Assembly (NCBI RefSeq): GCF_038025025.1
Contig: NW_027117348.1
Location: 1,550,001 to 1,614,000 of the forward strand
DNA: 64,000 nt
Reading direction: 5' to 3'
DNA from: Phyllosticta citribraziliensis
Lineage: Eukaryota
Shown here: positions 51,747 to 64,000 of the stretch, piece after piece
How the letters are laid out: every line of letters starts with the position of its first letter
How positions within the stretch are numbered: position 1 is the first letter of the stretch
Notes under the pieces: model-generated
Database searches by the model: none
Told to the model about the DNA's origin: nothing
What the model saw: the letters and a program-made list of their open reading frames with translations, nothing else
Translations under genes and position numbers: made by a program

Positions 51747-54700
51747 GCTCTAAAAACCCCTGATTCCTCTTTTCTGCTAGCGGTGATCGTCATCTGATAG
51801 TGCTGACCAGCTCAAGTATTCCTTACAGCAGAGCAGCATCACTACACAACCATGACGAGTATCGCTGGAATGCCACGCTAGTGACAGCGGCTCCGGCTAC
51901 ACAAAAGCAAAGACGAAAGAAGCAAGTCGGCGATTGCGGCATGACGGAGCGAGGAAAGTAGCCACACTCCAGTGTCTTTGTCGCTCAACTCGCCAATTGA
52001 TGGTTGACGGATGCAGGCAGACAGCGCGGTCAGGATGGCAATTTATACCTGCCTCCCATGAGTTCTTCTTCACACGGAGAAATGGCGCGAGCGCATGCCA
52101 AAGCGGTCGTTAATGACGCAGTGGCGTCGGAATCAGTGGTATAAAAGTCTACCAGCCCGCCTCTTTATTCCTCTCATTGTGCTACTCCAAGAGTCACGAC
52201 CTCCACACATAGAGAGACATTGGTACTTTGCGCGCCCGTCGAAACTCTACAAGTTCTGCACTTTTTCCTGGTTTGTCTGGCTTGAAGATGATGGAATTGG
52301 AAAATCATTCAGGGGTCATGACGATGAGTACCGTGATTACTGCGCGAATGCACGTCAACACCGCAACAGAATAATAAAGAAAGTCGCCGCTGACCGCAGA
52401 GAAAGAGGAGGGAGCGAATATCTGCTGAAATCCAGTGCTCAAGAACACAGTGGCTCTCTTTCTGGGATATTTCCGATGGTTCATAAATCCACACCCTCCG
52501 TTTTGCGGGAAGCAGATGTAGGCAAAAGATAGAGCGACTAGGAGATTTTTATACCTCTAACTCAGCACTATCACAAGGAAAATGCGCGGCCACATGCCAT
52601 CGCGCCCTCTATGCGCCATCTGATCGCATCACGCGAGCGCGCTCTATCCTCTACGCTCAGTTTCCAACCCGGCAAGTATAAAAACAGACCCCCCTACTCT
52701 TGATCCTTTCCTCATCTCGCTGCCTTGAGTGGAATATCTAGGAGTAGGAAGAACTCACTGCTTGTTTCGCGCACAACTTCTTTCCTGGCGTCACTCTTTC
52801 TTCTTCCTGTTGGTCGCAGAAGTCTTTCCCCTCCAGCAGGAACTTTACCCCTGACTAGCATATACTGATGCTGTCGGCCACGGATTTGATGGATGCGTAG
52901 AAGCGCGGAACGTCGTTATTAGATGGTGACGGAGTACCCCTGAGTCTAGAGGAAAGAGGAAGTTGAATGTGTCCGGGAAACCCCCGAAACAACGAAAGTA
53001 GAAATGAAAGAAAAGTGGCGGCTCTTTTATACCTCTCAACAGCCGCTGGCACGTGGGAAAGGGGGCGAGCGCGTGTGCCGCCGACCTTCGCGAAAACTGT
53101 GATTGCCGTGGCAGTGAGCTTGTGATTAAGATGTGGAGTGGATATAAAACAACCCTCCCTGCCTCCTTGTCTCCTTGCTAATCGACCACTGATCCTGCTA
53201 GCCAACAAGACGGCTGAGACAATGTCAAGGAAAACAGGCGCACTGTGCTCCGGCTTGAGCTGTGGGTAGCGACCTTTTTTTGCGCCGCAGGACTCCAGAC
53301 GCTGAAAAATGTGCTCACTTACTTAAAAGCGGGCGCGTGGTGCTTGTGTGCAGCGTCAGGGGATAATGGCATTCCCCCCTTTCCACAGACAATTTTCAAC
53401 AGCATTGCCGTGCAGCGTCAATCTAGGCTCCCCCCAACGCTGCAGCAGACATAGAAACGGAGGAAAGGATCAAGGTCAAAAGACACAACACGCAGAAAAC
53501 AGTGTGTCGGAGTAACTAGTCTTCCCAAGTCAATTGTAGCCAAGGGGATGACCTCTGACTGCAGGACACTGCGCGCAAAAATCCAGCAGCGCGGGGAGGA
53601 GTACGTCTTTTATACCGCCCGCCTGTCAGAAGCAAGAGAAGAACAGAGGGACCACATGCTCGACGATGAGGCGGCACTGCGTCGCTGTCACGCGCTGACT
53701 GCGTGATCTGCGCGCTAGGCTCTAGTAACCGGCGAAGTATAAAAGTAACCTTCTCTATCCCTCTTTTCGGCTTTTGTCAACAGCGCAGTGAGCTTCCAAG
53801 TAGGATCCAGATGATTGACCTCTCTATACTGCTGCTCTTGCGCTGTAGCCTCGTAGCGGCATCCCTGACTTTTCTTTTGTGGTGGGACGCGCCCTGAGTT
53901 AAGGGTGAGTTCTGTCGAGGGAGGCTGTCACTTTTCCCCTGAGTAGAGTAGTATATGCTGTTACTCTTCACTATTAAAAGGTAAAAATGAAGGTATCCCT
54001 ATCGTCACGTAGCGCTTCTAATCATCACCAACAGAAAGTGAGAGTGCCGGCTTCAGACCAGGAGAAAAACAAGGAACACGAGTGGGCTGTTCGCGCGCAG
54101 GTAAAGCACGCCAAAGAGAAGAGTGCCAATTTTCTCGCAGATTAAGCCGCAAGACGCAATCGCCCATGTGGTCAGCCAGAAGACTCAGCAGTGAGAGGGC
54201 TTTTATACTCGCCTGACTGCGCTGAAAGGAAAGGCACATGTCGAAAGAAGCGCAGCAGCAGCGTCGTAGTCACGCGCTCTGGCTCCGTGCTCCAGGCTCC
54301 AACGTCTGCTCCAGCCGTCCACATATAAAACCAACCCCTCTACTCCTCACGTCTCCCTCTCAGAAGCGCAACAAGCCAAGTCGTTTGGCATGCCGGTCGT
54401 CTGCCTCCGCTCCTACTGGACTGTGTCCTGCGTCGGGGACAGGAGATACACATTCTACCCAGCAACTGCGCGTGTTTGTGGAGGGAGAGTGCGACGAAGG
54501 GCGGGGTGCGCTGGCCGTGAAGTCTAGAACTGTAGAGTTGCGTCGATTTCTTCGGCGTTCAGGGATGGCGATGAGTATCATTGCTCGAAGGCGTGTGTTG
54601 ACGTCGTCGCGTGGCAGTGATGGCTTTCAAGTATGCCGTCTTGCCAGGGGCGCGCGGCCAGAACGACGTGGGAAAGAAAAGGAGGAACAGTCATCAGAAA

Positions 54701-55601
54701 AAGTGACGACATAAAGTCGACCAGGGTCCAGTTCAATGAGCTCTGGACTGCAGGACGCTGGCTGGCCTGTTGCAGTGCTGCCATGGCCGTCGGAAGGCCG
54801 TCTTTTATACCTAGGAGTCAGTCAACCACAAGCCAGCGCAGCAGATCCACCCCATGCCCTGTCCAACCGACTGACACCTGCCACTCACATGCTCCTAGTG
54901 CACAAGTCGCGCGTCAGCTGTCTTGCCAGCACTAGGCTCCGCTTCCGCTCCCGGCTTCGTCATCGTCATGTGTCTGCTGCCTGCCTGCTGCCTACTCCCC
55001 CTTCACAGGTATAAGAGCCAGACCTCCCTCCACTCTGACTGCATCATCGAGCCAGTCGAAGCGGTACTGAAGAGTGCTCCGATTGGAGGCTCGACTGTCT
55101 TTGCGCTCGAGCCTGCAGCGTCCCATCACTGGCTGTGCCGGCGGGGCTGCGTGCGCTTGAGGAGAGGACGGGAGAAGGCGTGATGTGCTGCTGTGCTCTT
55201 CCTGGCTAGCCATCGGTATGTGATGGTGATGTTGAGTCGTATCTTGCCTTGAAGATGCGCTTCACCATGAAGTCGGCATGGCGTGCCACTGGAATATATC
55301 AGTGCATGGGCGATAGACAAAGTAGAAAGAGACCAGAGTGCTCGCGGCGTGAACAAGGGAGACGGCGCACCGAAGAAAGAGTTCCGTGGAGTACTGGGAG
55401 GAAGACCGAGGTTCTTCACACTCGGGGGTGGTTGAGCACTGCAGCGCCAGCATGTCTCTTCCATAGCAGCGCGAACAGTGTCTTTTATACCGCAGAACTC
55501 GCAGGTCCTCGGACCCCTGATCTGCCACATGCAGACTCCACAGTCGACACAATCACACGCTCCACTCTTGACTCACCTCGCCTCTCCCGCGGCGTATAAA
55601 A
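51390..55601. promoter_or_regulatory. Array of eight divergent TATA-box pairs (putative bidirectional promoter repeats)
   Basis: Minus/plus TATA starts: 51390/51564, 52042/52140, 52547/52677, 53025/53143, 53608/53738, 54201/54324, 54803/55010 (TATAAGA), 55483/55595. CACRTG lies inside seven of the eight pairs. Confidence 0.7.
51717..51746. repeat. (GCTT)n microsatellite
   Basis: About seven tandem GCTT units read directly. Confidence 0.9.
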
Positions 55602-55978
55602 ACTCTCTGCCAACCCGCCACAACTCCTCTCCATCAGCCACCGCTTGCCGTCAACACACGCCACCAACCCAACCACAGTCTTGTGGCGGCAACCATACGG
55701 CAAAGCTGTACTAATCTCCCTTTCGTGTCCTTGGGTCGGGATGCGGTAAGGAGCTGCTGGTGGGTCAGTCGACATGGAGACAAGTGTCGAGGCGAGGAGA
55801 TCTACAGCACTGTCTGTCAATGAAGATGAGAGGCGCAAAGGCGGTGTCGATTTTCATTTCGCGATGCTGTCTTGTCTCTACGCAGGAGCGGCAGGCAAGA
55901 AGGGCGGCTTGAGCTTAGATAATGCGGGCGTGCAAACCGTGAGCACCCATGAGGCGGTCTCAGTCTGCCTCGCTTTCA

Positions 55979-57556
<1,578 letters not shown>

Positions 57557-58201
57557 GGTTGTGTCGGGGTGGAGGGAGGGAGAGTGGCGTGGCGGGGATG
57601 CAGCTGCAGCTGGTGCACATCTTGATATGCTGGCCCAAGCGCGGCGGGCGTTAGGCGGGCTGGTGGACTGCGGTGCCAACAGAGCCTCTTTGTCGACAAC
57701 GAGAACAGCTGGATAGTGTCATGGTGAACATGGAGTCTGGCACGGTTTCTGTCACCGCCAGGACCTGCCGTCTATCTTTGTTGTTTAATTTCTGGCAGCA
57801 TGCTGCGCTCGGGCCATGGAATTTTGCCAGGCATTGGTATGGCTGAGGCCATGGTCGAGACTCAAGGGAGCATCAGATAAACGTCGCAGCCACGCACGCA
57901 ACCAGGCGGGTCTCTCCTCTCAAGATACGGATCAACTCCACACGCCCCTCAACAACAAAAAATCATCGTCAGCTTCCCGACACCGGAAGAGGCCATGGCC
58001 AGCCGTTGACTCGAAACAAGCCAGCAGTCGGGCCCGCCTCGACGCCGATACCGATAAACCACCCCGATACTCGGAGACGTCATCGCTGCACCTCTGCCAT
58101 TCGACACCTCCTCGATGCGCATCTGCTTCCACCGCCGGCCCCCTTAAATTGCCCCTTGTCCCTCCTGTTTCTTTCTTGAGAGTCTAGACATGAGATGAGG
58201 T

Positions 58202-59182
58202 ATGCCACGTCTGGCCCTGCTCCCGCGATCCTGCCACGCTCGTCCGCTGTGCGGCCAGCAGCAGCCTCTACCACCACCATCATGTCCTCGCGCCAGGAAC
58301 TTCAGATGCTTCCATGCCTCTGCCCGGCAGAACGAGGCTTTTCCTGATCATTACAAGACCCTCGACCTGCCCGTGACGGCGAGCGCGGCCGAGATCAAAA
58401 AGTGCGTTGCCACAACCAAACCATGCACCCCCGCTCCCCGCACATCGTATACAACTCCACAGCTAACCACCTCCCCAAGACAATTCTACACCCTCTCCAA
58501 ACAACACCACCCGGACCGCAACCGCGGCGACCCGTCCGCCTCGTCCCGCTTCGTCGCCATCAGCGCCGCGTACCACGTTCTCGGCTCGCCCGCCAAACGC
58601 AGCACCTACGACGCGCAGCTGTCCTCGCGCTCCTCTCCCTCCTCCTCCTCCTCCTCACCCTACGCCTCCGCCGCATACTCCGGCCCCGCCGGCTCGCGCC
58701 CCGCCTCGGGCCTCAGCCGCCGCCGCACCACCTTCAAGGGCCCGCCCCCCAGCTTCTACCGCAACGGCGCCTGGGGCGCGTACAGCGCGAAGCGCGCCTC
58801 GTACGCCCCGCGCGGCGACCCCAGCGGCGCAAACTACGACGCCCCGCAATCCGAAGACTACACGGGGAGCCCGTACAGCAGCGACTCCTCATCTTCCAAC
58901 GGAGCGGGAGCAGGAGCAGCCGGCGGCGGCTTCGGCCCCGGCCAGGCCTGGCGCGGCGTCGACACGGCCATGCCGCACTGGGACCGCGAGGCCCACATGC
59001 GCACGCACAGCGAGATCGCGGCGCGCTTCCGCGCCCGCGCCCGCGAGCGCGGCTGGGACGCCTCGACAAACGACATGAAGAACGGCGGCGGCGGCTGGAG
59101 CCTCGTCGCCAATTTCCTTGCTGTGAGTGCTGCCATTGGCCTGGCGACCGGCTTGCCCGCCGTGCTTGTCGGCTGGCGGTGA
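58202..59182 (+). CDS. J-domain protein with mitochondrial-type presequence and C-terminal hydrophobic segment
   Basis: RCFHASAR presequence end, DHYKTLDL...AEIKK/QFYTLSKQHHPDRN (HPD motif), AYHVLG, RPASGLSRRRTTFKGPPPSFYRNGAWG. In-frame intron about 58402-58479. Confidence 0.85.
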   Translation: MPRLALLPRSCHARPLCGQQQPLPPPSCPRARNFRCFHASARQNEAFPDHYKTLDLPVTASAAEIKKCVATTKPCTPAPRTSYTTPQLTTSPRQFYTLSKQHHPDRNRGDPSASSRFVAISAAYHVLGSPAKRSTYDAQLSSRSSPSSSSSSPYASAAYSGPAGSRPASGLSRRRTTFKGPPPSFYRNGAWGAYSAKRASYAPRGDPSGANYDAPQSEDYTGSPYSSDSSSSNGAGAGAAGGGFGPGQAWRGVDTAMPHWDREAHMRTHSEIAARFRARARERGWDASTNDMKNGGGGWSLVANFLAVSAAIGLATGLPAVLVGWR

Positions 59183-59563
59183 TAGTGTGACGTTGTTGAT
59201 TCTGAGATTCTTTTTTTCTGAGCAGAAGCAGATGGAGGGGTTGAAATAGACAAACAGATTTAGGGTGCTGGCGTTCGGGTGGTTTACGGGAACATTTTTA
59301 GGGTCAAGGGATTGGTATTGGATTGGCATGTAGAGAAGAGGGCTCGGTAAACGATTGAGACTTGCGGGCAAATATTGTTGCAAGTAAATACAAACACGCA
59401 TTTCACACAACACGCAGAGCTAGAAAGAGTCCGTGAAGAGCTTAAATGCATCTACATCCACTTCCTTTCAGCACCAAGAGAGGCCAGAGACGCAAATCAA
59501 GCTGCCAATCCTTTTCATCGTCTCGTCTACGCAGAGAGCAGCAGCGTGGTGGTATCAATAGGT

Positions 59564-60851
59564 TTAACCCTCAAAGGTGAACGAGGCACCAATCTGGACC
59601 TTGTCAGCAAAGCTCTCACCCTGCACATCGAATACATACCTTGTGGCCGGCCTCGTTGAGCTTCTGGGTGTCGAGCGAGGCACCGATGCCAAAGGTGAAG
59701 CCCTGGTTGATCTTGGTGTTGTAGGCAATCGAGGCGATACCGCGGTCGTTGATCTTGGCCTGTGTGTTTTCAAAAATCATCAGTCACGTCCTGTGTTTGC
59801 GCAATCGCTCGCAAAATTTCTCACCTTGGCAAACGACAGAGGGTCCAGCTTGTACTTGCTGGCAAGCTCAATGCCGACGGCAGAGCCAGCCTTGGCGTCC
59901 CAGGAAGCCTTGGCGCCAGTCTCGACGGCCGAGTTGACCTTCTGGTAGTACGAGGCGGTGAAGAGGTTGAGGTTGTTGGTCGCGGTGATGGCGGCGCTGT
60001 AGAGGGGGGTCTGGTAGCCAACGGCGGCCGAGTAGCGGGTGACGGCGGCCTTTTGGACGTCGTAGCCAGCCTCACCACCGACGAGGAAGCCCTCGTGGCC
60101 GACGACACCGTCGACGACGGCCGTCAGGTTGCCGGCGGCCGAGTAGTCGAAGAAGGCGCGCGTCTGGAAGATGGGCTGCTTGAAGATCAAGTTGAGCTTC
60201 TGGCCCTTGTTGCCCGAGGCGGGAGCAAAGACGGAAGACAGCTCGGCCTTGAGACCCTTGGAGAAGGTGTCGGCGAGCTCAACCTTGGTGTTGAGGACAT
60301 TGGCGGTGCTCCAGGACTCGGTGACCGTGATGCCTGGTTGTCGATATTGTATTAGTCCCTGAATGCTCAAGGGAGGTCCTGGCACGCCGTATACAGCCAG
60401 CGCGCAGCGGAAGCCTCGTTGCCTTTGCGGCGTGACGGGAAGAACGAGAAGGAAATTGTGCAGATATATACCGTTGGAGAGAGCCTTCTTTCCCTCGACC
60501 TGCAAATGCCGTCAGCGTCGGCCTGGGGTTTGTAAAACGCAGTGATGCATACCGAGCCAACGATGGGACCCTCGTGGGCAGAGGTGCCCTTGGTGGTGAC
60601 GGCGACGCCGTTGGGGGACGCAAGCTTGACCTCGAGGGCGGCTATACAGTTGTGTAAGCTCAAATCACAGCCGACGGCCGGCCTTGGACCACTTGCCAGC
60701 AGAGTTGTGGTAAAAGTCCTTGTTCAAGAGCTGTGGATGATGGTCAGCTGGGCGGCTGCGACAACAGGAGATGTAATGGCGCAATTGCGCAGCGCGCCAA
60801 ACCTACGTCGTTGGCCGCCTTGGGGATGTCGCTGAAGGCCGGGACGGACAT
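59564..60851 (-). CDS. POR1: Mitochondrial outer-membrane porin (VDAC)
   Basis: MSVPAFSDIPKAAND/LLNKDFYH, micro-exon VEGKKALSN, GITVTESWSTAN, GHEGFLVGGEAGYDVQKAAVTRYSAAVGY, SYYQKVN, KYKLDPLSFAK, ...GASFTFEG*. Many short introns, one GC-AG (60696..60642). Confidence 0.95.
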
Positions 60852-61524
60852 GATGACGGTCGGTCGAGAGAAGAATGGAAGCTGTGGAAGCGGAGTCTGG
60901 GGCGAGGGTTAGCTGCAGGCGACGAGGAGCGATGGCATCGAGGGGGTACGCACGGCGCGGGATGGATGAGAAAACAACAATGAAGAGGATAGGGTTGAGG
61001 GACTGCCGTGGAGCTACGGATAAGTTCTTGACGTCCAGTCCCTTCCTGTCCAGTCGCGGCCGCTTCTGCGCCGGCGCCGAGGAGCTCGGGCCATCCACGT
61101 GCGCGAGCTCTAGTCACCCTGTCGTCTAAACTCAACAACTCCACTTTTGCCCGATTCGTCCCTCCGCCGTCGACCTCAGCCCGTCACTGAATGACGTCTC
61201 GAGAGCTTGGGCAGACGCACTTTTTCTTTCTCGTCAACAGCTGCGATGGAGGAGACGGATAACCCACGAGCAGGCATGTCCCGGACCAAAACCCACCGGG
61301 ATGAGCTCTGTCAAGTGTAAACAAACCACTGGAACGGTTTGAATCAAAACAAACAGACAACAATCCAATCCGCCCAAGACCAGAACGGCAAGACATGACC
61401 AATCCTCAAGCATCAAATCCAACAACATCCCGCGATAAGAGCAGCGAAAAGCCCACCAAAACAGTGACCCAGCACCACCCAGCGCCCCGGCCACGGACAC
61501 CCCTGATCTGCAGTCCATCCCATC

Positions 61525-64000
61525 TCACCTGTGGCCCCTCCTAGTCGCCCGTCCTTGCTCCTCCGGATCCAAATCTTCAGAGTCCCCCCTCGGCTCATGA
61601 GCCCTGCCACTGCTCTCGGCGTCACGATGACCACGACCAGAAGCATTCCTGCCACTGGTGGCCGGCGAGCTGGCAGCTGAAGCCTGTCTAGCGCCACGCT
61701 GTTCGTTAATCCGGCCCGGCCCGCCGCTGCTGCCGCTGCCACGACTTCTCGATGCTGGCGCTTCTGTTCTGGATTGTCTGATCGAGTTGCTGCGGGCTAG
61801 CGACGCCGTCGTGGCCATTTGCGAATGCGGCACCGGTCGAGGCGGCCGCGCCGGCGCTGGAGGTGCTGGACCTGGCGCCGATGCCGCAGGAGCTTGATGT
61901 CTCGAGGCTGGAGCTGGAGCTGGAGCTGGAGCTGGAGCTCTGGCGGGTGTGCTAAGCGCTGGTTGGCGCGGCTGAAGCGTTACCTGCTGCGTCTGTTGGA
62001 CGCGAGGTTGTGTCTGGCTCTGGTATGGCTCTGGTGCCGGCGCGGGCTGTGACTGGGATTGCTGGCGAGCATTAGCATTCAGTACAGGTCGCGGCCTCGG
62101 TATCTGGGAAGCCATTGGTGTCCTGGGGCTCGAGTTCGTGCCCACGGCACCGGGCAAATCCAAAGAGCTCCGACTTCGTGGGATGGGGTTGGGATCGGGA
62201 TCCTGCTGCGACTGCTCATGGCTGCTCGCACCCGTCACAGTCGCCGAACGCTGTAGGGGCTGCACAGGCACCGGTTCAGGAGTAGCATCCCTCGGTGCAG
62301 CCTCTTCAAGCAGCGGCTGCGGAGCAGAGTCAGACGCAACTGGATCCGGCGCAGGTTCCGACTCCAGAGTGCTTGCGCGCGAAACCCGCGCTTTCACCCG
62401 CCGCAACAAGTGCTCGAGCGGCTTCGTGCAGCTCTCTGCTTCAAAAGGCGGCTCCTCTACCTCCAAAACCGTGCCCAAATCCGTGGCGAAGCGCTGGTAC
62501 GGAGATCCTTTGTCAAACCAACAGTACGCGCTCGAGCGGCCGCCCAAGAACGGTATGCGGTAATCTGTGTCTGGGTAGTACCGCTCTGTAGGATCTAGCT
62601 CGTCGTCGTCGTCGTCGTAGGTCTCCCCGTCTTCGTATCTCTCCCCGTCTTCATATCTCTCCCCGTCTTCGTATCTCTCCCCATCGTCGTAAGCCTCCCA
62701 CGTCTCGTCTGCCTGTGGCTCATCCGGCTGCGGAGCAATGGGCTCAGGGGGGAGCACTGATGTGTTGTTAGCCTAATAATTCACTGATAGAACCGGCAGT
62801 AGAGAGAGCTTACAGTAGCCCTCGTTTACATGCAGCGTGCTGCCTCCAAGAGCGCCATGCATATATGGCCCTGTCCCCATGTCTGACCCAAATTCCGGGT
62901 CACTGTCAAAGTCGGGGCTCCCCGAACGTGAATCTGACGGCGAATTCGCCTGCGTCGCCACGTCCTTATTGGACGGCGCTTCCTCTGCAGCTCCATCCGC
63001 GTACGAGTGGTCGTTTGGCGCTTGCTGTGTCTCTGAAGCCCAAGCCGCCAACTCCTCGTCGTTGGAAATCCTCACCGTGGCTGGCCGCGCAGCGGGGTGA
63101 GGAAGCGGTGCCCCCGCAGGGAGCGGTGGTAGAGGCTGATGTGCGTACATGTCCATCACGCTCAGGGAATTACTCCTGGGCATGTCATGGCCCAGAGTGG
63201 CTGGCAGCGGGCCTGCATTGCTCTGTGCATAGTCCACCGGCGGGTAGGTTCCCAAGTCACTCTGAGGCCGCGCTCTTGAAACCGTATTCGTTCTCGATGC
63301 GGGCTCAACTGGCGCAGTTTGATGCGTGGGAGCTGGCTGCCAGCCGTCCGGCGCCGTTGGATGTCCGTGTTGGTCGTCTGGAGCCCATACGACGTGCCTC
63401 TCGCGCCGCCGGTGAACATGTTCCGTGTCTTGCCCGCTTCGGCGGTCTCTGTAGTCAGGGCTTCTTTGGCGTTGCCTTCTTCTTCCATCGTCGTTCTCAT
63501 CGTGTCGATGGTCCTCATACCGATGGTCCTCTCGTCGATCCTCTCGTCGATGGTCCTCTCGTCGACGGCCCTCATATTGATAGTCCTTAGGTCGATAGTC
63601 CTCATCTCGATAATCCTCACGTCGATACTCCTTATATCGGTAGTCCTCATACCGACGGCTGTCGTAATGCTTTCGCGACGATTCCGAGCCATGGTAATAG
63701 GACTGCTCATCCCAATCATACCCCCTCCAATTCTCACAGTCCCGTTTATGTACCTCGGGCCGGAAAGGCGACCTACTCGACTCTCTACGGCGCGACCTCT
63801 TCCGCTTCCTGTGGCTGCGCGCGCCCGAAGAAGTGGCCTCTCGCAGCTTCAGCTCCAGTTCGACTGCCCACCCGTTCCGCGCCCACTGCTGCTTGCTGGC
63901 TTGCAGTCGGGCTTTCTGGAACAGCTCTTCGGTGTTTCGGTGGCGCCTCTTGCCAGTCAGCGGTAGGTAGCAGCGGCCGCACCGAGGCGTGTCTTTTGGG
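61525..64000 (-). CDS. Hypothetical low-complexity protein, 5' end outside the window
   Basis: One frame is open from the right edge (PKDTPRCGRCYLPL...RKRKRSRRRESS...RRYEDYR...REDHRRED...) into ORF 62773..63255. A GTAAGC..CAG intron (about 62813-62757) joins it in frame to ORF 61525..62757. Confidence 0.7.
62616..62692 (-). repeat. Coding 18-bp minisatellite, about 4 copies (YEDGER)
   Basis: TCTCCCCGTCTTCGTATC-type units at 62622, 62640, 62658 and 62676. Confidence 0.9.

Noticed and set aside
52095..52532. 145-aa ORF inside the TATA array
   Set aside because: Starts upstream of and reads through the plus-strand TATA at 52140, has no counterpart in other modules and no recognisable motif.
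53811..53897. Hydrophobic 28-aa ORF (MIDLSILLLLRCSLVAASLTFLLWWDAP), suggesting a toxin/antisense pair
   Set aside because: Equivalent positions in the other modules I read give unrelated peptides, and pyrimidine-rich DNA yields hydrophobic ORFs by chance. Not excluded without Ribo-seq.
51390..55601. CRISPR-like or satellite interpretation of the periodic region
   Set aside because: Eukaryotic context, no identical direct repeats and a period of about 480-680 bp; only short motifs recur.
63162..63966. Repetitive ORFs 63162..63737 (-) and 63319..63966 (+)
   Set aside because: Alternate-frame and antisense readings of the R/E/D/Y repeat region of the edge gene.

Overview
GC-rich, intron-containing filamentous ascomycete (Pezizomycotina) chromosome segment; a Dothideomycete-like origin is my inference from protein style only. 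Most of the window is housekeeping genes that I spliced by eye: RSP5 (truncated at the left edge), an ABC1/ADCK kinase, PBP1, BUD6, a GPI-type secreted protein, a myo-inositol-type MFS transporter, RHO1, UFD2, an AIM19-like protein, HLJ1, ERG19, CYT2, FOL3, a DUF1761-like protein, MAP2, a J-domain protein and VDAC porin, plus several hypothetical proteins. Four things stand out. (1) A 4.2-kb gene-free tract (51.4-55.6 kb) holds eight regularly spaced back-to-back TATA-box pairs that share internal CACRTG/TCACGCG motifs and have no conserved ORF, so it looks like an array of bidirectional promoters firing convergent short transcripts. (2) Three tandem paralogous genes (5.7-10 kb), missed by the ORF track, encode about 200-aa secreted proteins with 14 conserved cysteines and identical exon structure. 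(3) A candidate 144-nt structured RNA followed by a T5 run lies between RHO1 and UFD2. (4) A cryptic intron removes the BUD6 stop codon and adds a roughly 175-aa tail. No rRNA, tRNA, CRISPR array or transposase was recognised. All gene names come from recognising motifs, not from database searches.
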